IMG/VR virus record: IMGVR_UViG_3300029305_011953
Coordinates: 9,990 to 73,989 of that record
DNA from: a virus
Taxonomy: Duplodnaviria > Caudoviricetes
DNA: 64,000 nucleotides
Strand: one strand, 5' to 3'
Part shown: in pieces, positions 45,726 to 54,938 of the stretch
Numbering within the stretch: the stretch's first letter is position 1
Layout of the letters: every line of letters starts with the position of its first letter
The notes under the pieces: generated by a model
Database searches by the model: none
What the model saw: the letters and a program-made list of their open reading frames with translations, nothing else
Told to the model about the DNA's origin: nothing
Program-made: the position numbers and the translations under genes

Positions 45726-46721
45726 TTATAAATCGTCAATAGAACTTTGGAACGGAAAGGAAGGTTCGATTGCATCCGTATCATCTTCGTCGTCTTCATC
45801 TGCATCGCCTTCATCGATTTCGTCAACATCTTCTGTGGTAATATCTTCCTTTTCCGTGTCATCATCGGGGTTGAAAGAGGGCGAATAGTGGTTTTCTTCG
45901 TCTTCATCATCCAAACCTTCTGCATCGTAGCCTTTTGCGTAGAGCATACCAATAGGTAATCGGAATAAGTCGCTTTTCTTCTTTCCGTTATAAATTATTA
46001 CCATTGCTTCTGCATATCCAAGGGTGCCAGAACGTCTTTCCTTGGCGGTTCGCGCAATGGTTTTTATGGATACTGCGCCTAATTTTTCCTTAAAAATCTC
46101 GTCATCCAAACGGTCTCGGTAGGTATTGACAAGTTTTGCAACCGCCCTTAAAACATTTGCAGAAAGGGAATTAGAATCGCCTTCCCACGCCGCAATAACC
46201 AAACGAAGCGTGCGATTAAGGGTTTGATAACCATATTTAGTATAAATGGATTCCAATGATGAGATTGCACAAATAACGCCAGGAGCCTTTGTTAAACCGA
46301 TGGTAAGGTTGTAAGATTCGACCAAATCTCGTATTAAGAGCTGTTGGTGGTTTCCCGCCTCAAGGTGCGCCATGAAGATTTCATAAGGGAGCAGGGGTTT
46401 AACGAATTTCTGCTGATTGGCAAAGATGTCGGCTTCGTTTTGATATTCGAGATCGTCATAAACCATGCACCATACAGGGGTTTCGCGAGAACCCGAAACA
46501 CGTGCAATAATCTCGATGGTATGCTGTCCGTTGAAAACATAGTTAATTCCGTCACGCTTACTAACTTTTACGGGATTGATTTGGTTAAGGTCGAAGTTTT
46601 CTGCGGCCTTTTCAATATGAGCAATCGAAAGATTTCTTTGATAATCTTGGTTCGATACAAGGTCTTTAATGGGAATAAGTTCAAAATGAACTTGTGGCAC
46701 GTACATACTATAATCACTCAT
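45726..46721 (-). CDS. DUF6551-like ParB/DGQHR-fold protein with acidic tail
   Basis: QDYQR...NPVKVS.RDG.NYVFNGQHT; very acidic C-terminus. Confidence 0.75.
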   Translation of the reverse strand: MSDYSMYVPQVHFELIPIKDLVSNQDYQRNLSIAHIEKAAENFDLNQINPVKVSKRDGINYVFNGQHTIEIIARVSGSRETPVWCMVYDDLEYQNEADIFANQQKFVKPLLPYEIFMAHLEAGNHQQLLIRDLVESYNLTIGLTKAPGVICAISSLESIYTKYGYQTLNRTLRLVIAAWEGDSNSLSANVLRAVAKLVNTYRDRLDDEIFKEKLGAVSIKTIARTAKERRSGTLGYAEAMVIIYNGKKKSDLFRLPIGMLYAKGYDAEGLDDEDEENHYSPSFNPDDDTEKEDITTEDVDEIDEGDADEDDEDDTDAIEPSFPFQSSIDDL

Positions 46722-47683
46722 TTTCTACTCTCCGATGCAAGGAAGTAAAGCACTTCCACTATTTTATTTTCTAATTCTTGTAAAACTCTCATCAATTTTG
46801 CCCTTGCCTCTGTGGACGTGAGGTCAATTTTTGTATTTGTTTTCATACGATTAATTGAACTTATCCACATAGGTATCGTTAAGGATAACTCGTTAAGAGA
46901 GGCGTCTGGGTCGAATTTAGGCATATCCTTGATGGAAGGCTTACTGACAACTGGTTGCGGGTTTGGCTGTGCGGAAGTTTCATCAAGCAGATACCTTGTC
47001 CGCTTATATTGGACGAAAGGAACGCTGTTCTCTTTGATACGTTGGTGTATTTTTTTCATTTCCGCAGGGGAGAGCTTTGAAATTGCGATAATGTTTTCGT
47101 GGGAAATTTTATATCTTCCTGACAAAATTTTATGGGCAAGGTCTGGCTCATGTGATTTGATAATATCGATTGCTTTCGTGAAAGTGGAATACTTATGTAC
47201 CGTAGCGTGGGTGATATGGTTTTCATTGGCGATACGTTGTGCGGTTTTATGCCGAGAGGCACTTTCTACAACGTTGAAATCGGCAGGTAAATCATCTTCT
47301 GGGGGAATGGTATATTGATTGTTCCCCGTTGGGTTTTTGGATGCGTTGACGATTTTTTCCGACTCATACTGTCGACCGATTAAGTATCGACGGCTTTCAT
47401 CTGACAAATTCCTGCGGCCGAGTTGATTTTTGCATATCCAAGCAATGGCTTCTTCTCGGCAAGAAAAGTCCATTTCCATCACTTCAAAAGGGATAGCGTT
47501 TTTGGAGCAGATTTCATAACGATTATGCCCGTCAACGATAATTCCATTCCAAGTAATGATAGGGTCTCGGCAACCATCTGCTTTAATATTTTCTTCTAAT
47601 TGCACAAATTCCTTCCGTTTAAGTGGACGAATAATTGTTTTAAATTCCTCGTCGATTTTAAGAAGGCGGAGTTTCTTTTCCAT
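46718..47683 (-). CDS. ParB-like protein (N-terminal ParB domain plus HTH)
   Basis: QLEENIKADGCRDPIITWNGIIVDGHNRYEIC, KNQLGRRNL, TAQRIANENHITHATV. Confidence 0.8.
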   Translation of the reverse strand: MEKKLRLLKIDEEFKTIIRPLKRKEFVQLEENIKADGCRDPIITWNGIIVDGHNRYEICSKNAIPFEVMEMDFSCREEAIAWICKNQLGRRNLSDESRRYLIGRQYESEKIVNASKNPTGNNQYTIPPEDDLPADFNVVESASRHKTAQRIANENHITHATVHKYSTFTKAIDIIKSHEPDLAHKILSGRYKISHENIIAISKLSPAEMKKIHQRIKENSVPFVQYKRTRYLLDETSAQPNPQPVVSKPSIKDMPKFDPDASLNELSLTIPMWISSINRMKTNTKIDLTSTEARAKLMRVLQELENKIVEVLYFLASESRK

Positions 47684-47689
47684 CGGTCT

Positions 47690-48046
47690 TTAAGCCTCCA
47701 ACTCGACTTTTTCGACGTTGTCAAACGCAAAAAGTGCGACTTTTTTTGCCTGATTTACTTCGCCTCGCAAACGATAACAAGTTGTTCTGTCTGTCCAACC
47801 CAAAGCCTTGAATAGCTGTTGGGTTAATGCAAAGCTGTAAATTTCATAGCTATTGTCTTTGCAAACGTGGCTATTGATGGTGATGCACCCAGGCTCTTCG
47901 TTGGGGATGCTGCGAACAGCAAGCATTCTGGTGTCGGGGTTGACAAGCAAATGAATATACTTGGGCGAACCGAGTTCCTGTAATAACGTTTTATAAAAAC
48001 GCATTCTGTATTTTCGTGGGTCGATAGAAATAATTGCAGTAGACAT
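47690..48046 (-). CDS. Accessory protein; stand-alone copy of the recombinase C-terminal domain
   Basis: YIHLLVNPDTRMLAVR...LFKALGW..CYRLRG pattern shared with 48062-48847 and the recombinase C-terminus. Confidence 0.7.
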   Translation of the reverse strand: MSTAIISIDPRKYRMRFYKTLLQELGSPKYIHLLVNPDTRMLAVRSIPNEEPGCITINSHVCKDNSYEIYSFALTQQLFKALGWTDRTTCYRLRGEVNQAKKVALFAFDNVEKVELEA

Positions 48047-48061
48047 AAAATGTCCTCCTTA

Positions 48062-48847
48062 TTAAACAATGGATTGTTGAACCACCGCAGGAACGTTATC
48101 GGACGGTTGTTCGGAAGGCGGTTCGGGCGGAGGTGTAGCGGGTTTATTGGCTTCTTTAATAGAATAAACGGCGTAGCCTTCAAAAATGTTTATACGCATG
48201 GTTTGTTTATGCTCGTTCAAAGTCATACCGAACTGATTCTGCCAATTAGCAGGATAAATTGCGGTACGAGATGTTTTCGGCTTTTCGCCTTCTCTGACTG
48301 TGCGTTGATAAACTTCCGTAGCGGTTAAATCGAATACGAGTAAATATTCGCCGTTTGCGTGGATGAGTTTGCCGAGGATTTTATACTTATAATGCGGATT
48401 CCATCCCATCAAATCTACGATTTTTGCGAAGAAAATCTTGCAAGTAATAGAACGAGTTTTGCGCTTTCCGTTGGAAGGATTACACCAAGGGAAAGAGTCT
48501 CTTGCGCCTTCTTCGCAGGGGCGCAGAGCAAGAATTTTCTTTTCACGATTCACGAGAACCTGGGCGTAGTTTGCATTCGGGAATTTAGACAAACACGCTG
48601 CGTTCGCAAAGAATTTACATTCATTAAAGGTAATAGAGGGTTCTTTAAGGTGGGCGAAGAATTCACGTCTTACGACTTGGAAGTCGTCGAAGTCAAAGTC
48701 TTCACTCATATCAAGTAATTCATCCGTTTCCTTTAATTTAGGCGTTTGCTCGTCCGAAGACGGGGTAGGCAGATCGGCAGGGGAATCGTCCTGCACCTTT
48801 TCTAATAATCCTGCTAAAACATCTTTTTTTTCATTCATCTCATCCAT
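48062..48847 (-). CDS. Recombinase accessory protein; homologous to the recombinase C-terminal domain
   Basis: FQVVRREFF...PSITF...YAQVLVNREKKILALR...LMGWN...YKILG. Confidence 0.75.
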   Translation of the reverse strand: MDEMNEKKDVLAGLLEKVQDDSPADLPTPSSDEQTPKLKETDELLDMSEDFDFDDFQVVRREFFAHLKEPSITFNECKFFANAACLSKFPNANYAQVLVNREKKILALRPCEEGARDSFPWCNPSNGKRKTRSITCKIFFAKIVDLMGWNPHYKYKILGKLIHANGEYLLVFDLTATEVYQRTVREGEKPKTSRTAIYPANWQNQFGMTLNEHKQTMRINIFEGYAVYSIKEANKPATPPPEPPSEQPSDNVPAVVQQSIV

Positions 48848-48853
48848 TTCGTT

Positions 48854-50746
48854 TTACTCCTGTAATGAAACACCGCTTAATTCGGCGTGTATGTATTTTT
48901 TAAGTACGTCAAAGCCAGTCACATTGATACGTTTTCCCGTTTCATAGAGTTGACCTTGTAAGCGTAAATTCCAGTCTTGCTCGTTCTGGGTATCGAGCGT
49001 GTCAAGTGTTAATTCGTGCAAATAATAGTCCTTCCCAAATGAACTCGTCCACTCTTGAGGGATAGCTCGTATTCTTTTGCCAGCCGTGGTTAGCGGTTTG
49101 GCTTGTTCGCTCTGTTCGTCTGGCGTAGCTCGTTCAAGCATATGTGGATTAAGGAAAGCCTCCGAGTTCTGGGCATCGAAAATATAAACGAGTTCGTCGT
49201 CTTTTTCATAGATAGACCCGATTATTTTATAGCGACAGTCCGTATTCCAAGAAAACAATTCAAATAGTGTATCGTTGAACGCTGCCGAAGAGATATCTTT
49301 GGGAACATACTTCTTCATTGAGAGCTTGGAGCAATGAACGCCGTGGCGGTTATTTGCATCTGTGGCGCGAATTGCAAACTTCTTCTCAATAGGGTGGATA
49401 AGCAATTCAATATAATTTTTTGCGCCGAATTTACGGATGATTTCCGTGCTGAACTTGATTTTCTTACTGCCGAATGAAACAGAAGGTTTGCGGAAAGTAT
49501 CGAAAAATTCCGAACGGGTAACTTCAAAACCACGCATATCAAAATCACCGGCAGAGAACTCGATTTTCAAATCTTCGTCTTTGCTTTGGGTAGGAACGCT
49601 TTCCGTGCCGTCAGCTTCGGTTATATAAACGCTTTGAGATGCGTTGATATAGTCGGTAAATTTGAAACCAGCCCAGCGTGGATTGATGGATACAAAACCT
49701 TTCAATTTACCTTCTTCGATTACTCGAAGTTCAGGCAAAAAAGCCTTATTCCTAAACTTTGCGTTGTCGAGCATATGCTGAACGGCGATAAAGTCATCTC
49801 TGGACACGATAGCCTCGTGGTGATTAAAATATCGGCTTTGCGGTCTTTTTCCGTAATTCTTTTTAGACTTGTGATCGTGGTAATCGGGGGTGTAGGTTTT
49901 TCTTGTCAATACATCCCCACAATGACGTTCATTTCTTAATATTTGAACCACGCCGTTTGCCGTCCATTTCACGTTTCCAAGATAGGACTTTCGTTCGAGG
50001 GCGTTCAATGCCTCGGCGATATGCTTTGTGGAATAGCCGTATAAATACATATAAAAGACCAGTTTAACGGTGGGGGCTTCGTCCTCATTAATGACGAGAT
50101 TGCCTTCGGCATCGTGCGTGTAACCGAGCAGTTTCGGAGTAAGAGGGATACCGTTATCCAAACGCATACGAAGGGATGTTTCCATACTTCGACTGCGGGT
50201 ATGAGATTCTTCTTCCGCCATTGTTGCTTGGAAGGTGAGAGCCAATTGCGCATCGTCATTCAAAGAGAAGATTGCTTCGGATTCAAAGAAAACGCCTACC
50301 CGACGTTTAAGGTGCGCAAGGCTACGGACAACGCCAATGAAGTCTTCCAGGTTTCTGGCGAAACGAGAGACGCTTTTCGTGATAATCATATCGAACTTAC
50401 TTGCTTTGGCATCTTCAATCATCTGCATGAACTCTTGACGGTGTTCCTTATTCGTACCGCTTTTTCCTTCGTCGGCATAAATTTTTACAAGTGTCCAGTT
50501 AGGGTGCTGACGGACGAAATCTTCATAATACTTCTTCTGTAATTCAAAGGATGTTGTTTGGCGAATATCGTCAGTTGAAACACGAACGTAAATAGCAACA
50601 CGCTGATGGATGTCATTATCATAGTAATCCGTTTCCTTTTCGGCGGGTATGTATTCGTAATTATCGGGGTCAATCCGTACTTGCATACGTTGACGGGTCT
50701 TCGCCTTCTTTTGGGCGAGGAGTTCTCTTTTTTCTATATCAATCAT
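48854..50746 (-). CDS. Large serine recombinase 3 with extra C-terminal domain
   Basis: YVRVST, TKSVSRFARN, MAEEESHTRS, LGY, ILRNERHCGD; lacks the zinc ribbon but has an extra C-terminal domain of about 200 aa. Confidence 0.92.
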   Translation of the reverse strand: MIDIEKRELLAQKKAKTRQRMQVRIDPDNYEYIPAEKETDYYDNDIHQRVAIYVRVSTDDIRQTTSFELQKKYYEDFVRQHPNWTLVKIYADEGKSGTNKEHRQEFMQMIEDAKASKFDMIITKSVSRFARNLEDFIGVVRSLAHLKRRVGVFFESEAIFSLNDDAQLALTFQATMAEEESHTRSRSMETSLRMRLDNGIPLTPKLLGYTHDAEGNLVINEDEAPTVKLVFYMYLYGYSTKHIAEALNALERKSYLGNVKWTANGVVQILRNERHCGDVLTRKTYTPDYHDHKSKKNYGKRPQSRYFNHHEAIVSRDDFIAVQHMLDNAKFRNKAFLPELRVIEEGKLKGFVSINPRWAGFKFTDYINASQSVYITEADGTESVPTQSKDEDLKIEFSAGDFDMRGFEVTRSEFFDTFRKPSVSFGSKKIKFSTEIIRKFGAKNYIELLIHPIEKKFAIRATDANNRHGVHCSKLSMKKYVPKDISSAAFNDTLFELFSWNTDCRYKIIGSIYEKDDELVYIFDAQNSEAFLNPHMLERATPDEQSEQAKPLTTAGKRIRAIPQEWTSSFGKDYYLHELTLDTLDTQNEQDWNLRLQGQLYETGKRINVTGFDVLKKYIHAELSGVSLQE

Positions 50747-51407
50747 TTTGCGCTATTCCTTTTAGGGGTTCTTCGTTATCGTCGGGAAGGAGTTTCCAGT
50801 TCTCGGACGGGAAGAAGAAATCTTTGTCCGAAGTGTCACTACGATAATAGGTGGCAAGCGTGAAGATGTCTTCTGATGCGAAGTACATTCCAATAGGGTG
50901 GGGCAACGCTGCGAAATATCGTGCGAGTAAAGTGAGTTCCATCATATCCTTGGAAACGTTAGATACCTTTTGCGTAATGATAAGGTCAACCTTGCCTTCC
51001 ATACAGTCGTTCAACAATCGACTCCATTCGGGGGCGGATTCCATATAGGGAGCAGTAGCACCTTCGTCGATATAAAATCCAACGAACGTCCACTTGGGAT
51101 ATTGTGCGAGGACATCCTCGTATTGCTTTTTATGGTAGTCGAGATAATTCTCGTACTTGGTTTGATTGAAGTAGCGAATATAAACTCCGACTTTGAATGG
51201 TTTTGCTGGGTTCGGCGTTTCGTGTCGAATCGTTTTTAACCACGCAGAATGTTTGGCAACTTTCTCACCGTGTTTTGTCGTTGGGATAAAAGACGAGCCT
51301 AACTGCGCCAACGGCGTGATCTCCGTTGTATGGGCGCAAGAAACCAAGCTGGTGTCATCCGCCTGCATTAATTCCGTTGAATTCTCTGTATTTTTACTCT
51401 CTTGCAT
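50739..51407 (-). CDS. Resolvase-domain-only protein, catalytic serine absent
   Basis: VGVYIRYFN replaces YxRVS(T); FYIDEG and GKVDLIITQKVSN retained; RBS GGAGG before ATG 51407. Confidence 0.7.
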   Translation of the reverse strand: MQESKNTENSTELMQADDTSLVSCAHTTEITPLAQLGSSFIPTTKHGEKVAKHSAWLKTIRHETPNPAKPFKVGVYIRYFNQTKYENYLDYHKKQYEDVLAQYPKWTFVGFYIDEGATAPYMESAPEWSRLLNDCMEGKVDLIITQKVSNVSKDMMELTLLARYFAALPHPIGMYFASEDIFTLATYYRSDTSDKDFFFPSENWKLLPDDNEEPLKGIAQND

Positions 51408-51523
51408 ATCTGCCTCCATTACATTTATATCAAGTATAAGGCATTTGGAAGAAATTGGAAATCGACCATAGGTTAAATCGTAAACCACGAGTTTATGTTT
51501 TTGGAAAAATTTTACAAAAAATA

Positions 51524-51552
51524 AGAGACAGCAGCGAACTGCTATCTCTTTT
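51524..51552. terminator. Hairpin after the minus-strand XRE gene
   Basis: AGAGACAGCAG-CGAA-CTGCTATCTCT with flanking A/T runs. Confidence 0.55.
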
Positions 51553-51571
51553 TGTCGTTTATTGGGATAAT

Positions 51572-51919
51572 TTAATTGTTAGCTCGAAGGGTTTCTTTTA
51601 GATTTTTTACGAATTTAAGGATTGTTTCCATCTCTGTGGGGGAGCAATCGGATAATAAAGAAGCGAACTCTGTTTGATAAATGTCGTTTACCTGCGGAAG
51701 ATCGGGACGGATGAGGCTGTCTGAGGAAATTTCCAAGGCTGTGCATATAGCGATGAGTGAGGTAACACGGAAATTTGCTTTACCGCGTTCAATATCGCTT
51801 ATATTCGACACTCCAATTTTTGTTTCAAAGGCGAGGTCTTCTTGACTCATATTTTTTTCAAGACGAGCCGAACGAATGCGCTGACCTATAGCCTCCAAAA
51901 TAATTTTTACATTGTCCAT
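51572..51919 (-). CDS. XRE-family HTH regulator
   Basis: IGQRIRSARLEKNMSQEDLA...ISDIERGK. Confidence 0.9.
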   Translation of the reverse strand: MDNVKIILEAIGQRIRSARLEKNMSQEDLAFETKIGVSNISDIERGKANFRVTSLIAICTALEISSDSLIRPDLPQVNDIYQTEFASLLSDCSPTEMETILKFVKNLKETLRANN

Positions 51920-52060
51920 GGAATTGTCTCCTTTGCCTTTTGACTATGTTCTTGCATAAATTTTATCACTTTTTGACAAAGTAGTGAAATGCCAAATGAC
52001 GAAACTTGGTCTTTTGGCTATAATATAAGTAAGAAAATTTTTAGTTTGGAGGACTAAATT

Positions 52061-52420
52061 ATGATTTTTAACTATTTAACTATCGGTCAACGAGTGAGAG
52101 ATGCGAGACGGAAGAAGCGTTTCTCACAGGCGGAACTTGCCCATCGGGTAGGCGTAACAACGTGCTACATAAGCTACATTGAAAGTGGCTATAAGTGTAT
52201 GAGCTTGGAAACTCTGATTCGCGTTGCAAATGCATTAGAAGTAACAGCCGACGTTTTTTTGGCGGATTGTTTGGATAAGCATTTGGTTGCAAGCGAGGCA
52301 GAGTTTTCTTTGATTTTAGAGGACTGTTCCTTGTATGAAAGCCGTGTTATTCTCGATAATGCGCGAGAGTTAAAACGAATTTTGCGAGAAAATCTATTTA
52401 CAAAATCAAACCGTGAATAA
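52061..52420 (+). CDS. XRE-family HTH regulator (divergent partner)
   Basis: IGQRVRDARRKKRFSQAELA...ISYIESG..SLETLIRVANAL. Confidence 0.9.
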   Translation: MIFNYLTIGQRVRDARRKKRFSQAELAHRVGVTTCYISYIESGYKCMSLETLIRVANALEVTADVFLADCLDKHLVASEAEFSLILEDCSLYESRVILDNARELKRILRENLFTKSNRE

Positions 52421-52486
52421 ATTATAAACGCATTTTTTCATAACGGCAATCGACCGAAAGTTAAAATTTAGACCAACGGTAGAATT

Positions 52487-52661
52487 GGTTGCGTATATAA
52501 TTTTTGGTTTCGATTATATGAAATTCCTTTTTTTGGTAAAAAGGGATTATTTTGTGCTACAATTTTTTTCCGCTTGAAGAGGGAGGTTGCGTATATGATT
52601 TTGGTTTTCGTTTATATGAAAATTACGGACGTGAAAAAACCCTCTTTTTTTATGCTATAAT
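52487..52661 (+). promoter_or_regulatory. Tandem duplicated promoter unit (about 99-bp period)
   Basis: GGTTGCGTATAT.ATTTT.G.TTTCG.TTATATGAAA at 52487 and 52586, each followed by an extended -10 (TGCTACAAT 52555, TGCTATAAT 52653). Confidence 0.55.
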
Positions 52662-52685
52662 GTTTTGACCTTTGGAGGGATTAAT

Positions 52686-53468
52686 ATGAAATACTACGTA
52701 GTTGCGGATATCCATAGCTTTTATTCCGAACTGGAAACCGCTTTAAAAGAGAAGGGATTTTTTGAGGATACCGAGCCTCACAAGTTGATTATTTGCGGAG
52801 ATCTGTTTGACCGTGGGGATGAGTCACTTAAGGTGCAGCAGTTTGTTATTGACCTTATGGAAAAGGATGAAGTCATTTTAATCAAAGGCAACCACGAGGA
52901 TATGCTTTTGGAAATGGTGCGGAACGCAAATAGATGGTTTAATTTACCAGATATCGAGTATTCCCATCATTGGCATAACAGGGCTGTAAAGACGGTCTTG
53001 GATTTGACGGGACTTAACTATTTTGACCTTGATAACCCTACAAAAGTGGCAAAGGCAATAAAGGATACTCCTCTCTTTAAAAAGATTATTCCCGCAATGA
53101 AGGATTATTATGAGACCGAGCATTATATTTTTGTCCACGGATGGATTCCGTGCTATGAAATCGATACGCACGTGTTTCCTAAAGTTCTCGGCTATATGGA
53201 CGACTGGCGAGAGGCGGCGGTTATGGAGTGGGACTATGCTCGTGGTTATAACGGTATGCTTGCGTGGTCGCAGGGGATTAAAGAGCCAAATAAAACCATT
53301 GTATGTGGGCATTGGCATTGTTCGTGGGGGCATTGCAATATTGACGGAAAAGGTACGGAATTTGGTAAAGATGCTGATTTTACACCGTTTTACGGGGAAG
53401 GTATAATTGCGATTGACACCTGCACAACGCTTTCACGAAAAGTAAACTGTATTGTTCTGGAGGATTGA
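52686..53468 (+). CDS. Calcineurin-like metallophosphoesterase (Ser/Thr phosphatase-like)
   Basis: ADIHS, GDLFDRG, GNHED, FVHG, VCGHWH, IAIDTC. Confidence 0.9.
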   Translation: MKYYVVADIHSFYSELETALKEKGFFEDTEPHKLIICGDLFDRGDESLKVQQFVIDLMEKDEVILIKGNHEDMLLEMVRNANRWFNLPDIEYSHHWHNRAVKTVLDLTGLNYFDLDNPTKVAKAIKDTPLFKKIIPAMKDYYETEHYIFVHGWIPCYEIDTHVFPKVLGYMDDWREAAVMEWDYARGYNGMLAWSQGIKEPNKTIVCGHWHCSWGHCNIDGKGTEFGKDADFTPFYGEGIIAIDTCTTLSRKVNCIVLED

Positions 53469-53469
53469 A

Positions 53470-54177
53470 ATGAGTGCGGATTTTGAACCGTTTGAAGAAG
53501 TGGACGGAGATGAAGAATATAAAAACCGTTGCCTATTTTCGGACATTTACTACGATAAATTTAATCAAGATGATGATGAATACGTTTTAACAAGAAGGGT
53601 GGCCGCATTTTTCGCCTCAAAGGAGAGAACTCGCTATCTGGGAATAATAAGCTATTTGTATTTCGCCAGCGTTTATGTCCCGTATTGCGATGACGGTAAA
53701 ATCGCCACAGCGGATTTTAATGGAAAGGTGGGCGTTTGTTTTTATACTGTCCCCGACATAATTCCCGTTGATGTTGCAATGGAGTATCGGTGGGAACGCA
53801 AAGAGTTTAGAAAGTTTTTCCACTCGACGGATGCAACGTTATTTTTAATAAATTATGCGAGTGATTGCGTTGCGTTACCGTGCGATATTGTTAAGAAAAT
53901 GTTTGCTATGATGGCATCCTTCACGGGGCGATATGACGTTGAAGGGTATTATGCGGAGTTATCCACAATAAAGCAAATGGTTATGCCAAGCGAGTATTTT
54001 AAGAAGAGACAGGAATACCGCATACTCCGTGAAAAGCAAATAGGCATTCCAAACTATACGTATGTTCGGCAAGGGTGGCGGTGGCTTTCTATTACAAAGG
54101 ATGATGGAAGCAAAGACAAGGTTTCTATAACAGCGGTGGATAAAATTATACAATTGGAGGATGAAAAAAGTGACTAA
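53470..54177 (+). CDS. SseB-like domain protein, paralogue 1
   Basis: IISYLYFASVYVPY...GKVGVCFYT..IP...LINYASD; aligns by eye with the next two ORFs. Confidence 0.6.
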   Translation: MSADFEPFEEVDGDEEYKNRCLFSDIYYDKFNQDDDEYVLTRRVAAFFASKERTRYLGIISYLYFASVYVPYCDDGKIATADFNGKVGVCFYTVPDIIPVDVAMEYRWERKEFRKFFHSTDATLFLINYASDCVALPCDIVKKMFAMMASFTGRYDVEGYYAELSTIKQMVMPSEYFKKRQEYRILREKQIGIPNYTYVRQGWRWLSITKDDGSKDKVSITAVDKIIQLEDEKSD

Positions 54178-54928
54178 CAAATATAGTACGGAAGAAGTGG
54201 AAGTAGCAAGAAGCCTTTTTGCAGACCTTGATGAAGATAACGGGTATCACAGAAGGGATTTTATTGAGTTGGAAAAAAGGATTGACGCATTTATTGCGAG
54301 TCAAAGCAAAGCAGATTTAATAAGAATAATAAGTTGTTTAAAATATTCATCTGCATACATGGCTTATAAAGTGAGCATAAAGGACAAGGGGAAGTGGGAT
54401 GTAAACATCACGACTTATAAAGGAAAAAAGGCGATGGCTTTACATACCTCATATCGAAGAATTCCTTCGTATATTGCGATGAGATTTAATTGGTATTTTT
54501 CGCCACATGAATATTTGTATAATGATTATTATGGGACGGCGGAATGCATTATTCTTAACCCTGCATCAGATTATGTGGTTTTACAACGTTCGTTGATTGA
54601 GCAGGTTTTCGGTGTATTGAATGAAATGGAAAAAGAGTATGATGAAAAAGATGAATGCGAAGATAAAACGGAACAACTGCTTGAAATTATGGCAAGCATT
54701 GATTTAGAAATGACAAAGCCGATAGTCTTTAATTATAAGCTGAAAAATGAAGAAACACACAATCTTTTCTTTGTTTGCGGATTGCCCGCAAAAGATGAAA
54801 AATCACTTCTATTTAAGGAACAAGGCAAAGGGTATGTTGAAATTCCGTTTATAGATGCTGTTCATATTCCAGAATTAACGGATTATTTTAATAATAATGA
54901 TGGGCATTTTTTCTACGATAACATATAA
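54161..54928 (+). CDS. SseB-like domain protein, paralogue 2
   Basis: IISCLKYSSAYMAY...GKKAMALHT..IP...ILNPASD. Confidence 0.62.
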   Translation: MKKVTNKYSTEEVEVARSLFADLDEDNGYHRRDFIELEKRIDAFIASQSKADLIRIISCLKYSSAYMAYKVSIKDKGKWDVNITTYKGKKAMALHTSYRRIPSYIAMRFNWYFSPHEYLYNDYYGTAECIILNPASDYVVLQRSLIEQVFGVLNEMEKEYDEKDECEDKTEQLLEIMASIDLEMTKPIVFNYKLKNEETHNLFFVCGLPAKDEKSLLFKEQGKGYVEIPFIDAVHIPELTDYFNNNDGHFFYDNI

Positions 54929-54938
54929 AGGAGTTTCG

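Larger units (their letters stand above)
45726..52420 (-). mobile_element. Second integrative module: HTH pair, dead resolvase, large serine recombinase, accessory proteins, two ParB-fold proteins
   Basis: Seven co-oriented minus-strand genes plus a divergent XRE regulator; no conjugation or structural genes visible. Confidence 0.6.

Noticed and set aside
45726-46721. Dnd phosphorothioation system
   Set aside because: Only a DGQHR-like motif is present; there are no dndA/C/D/E or ssp genes.
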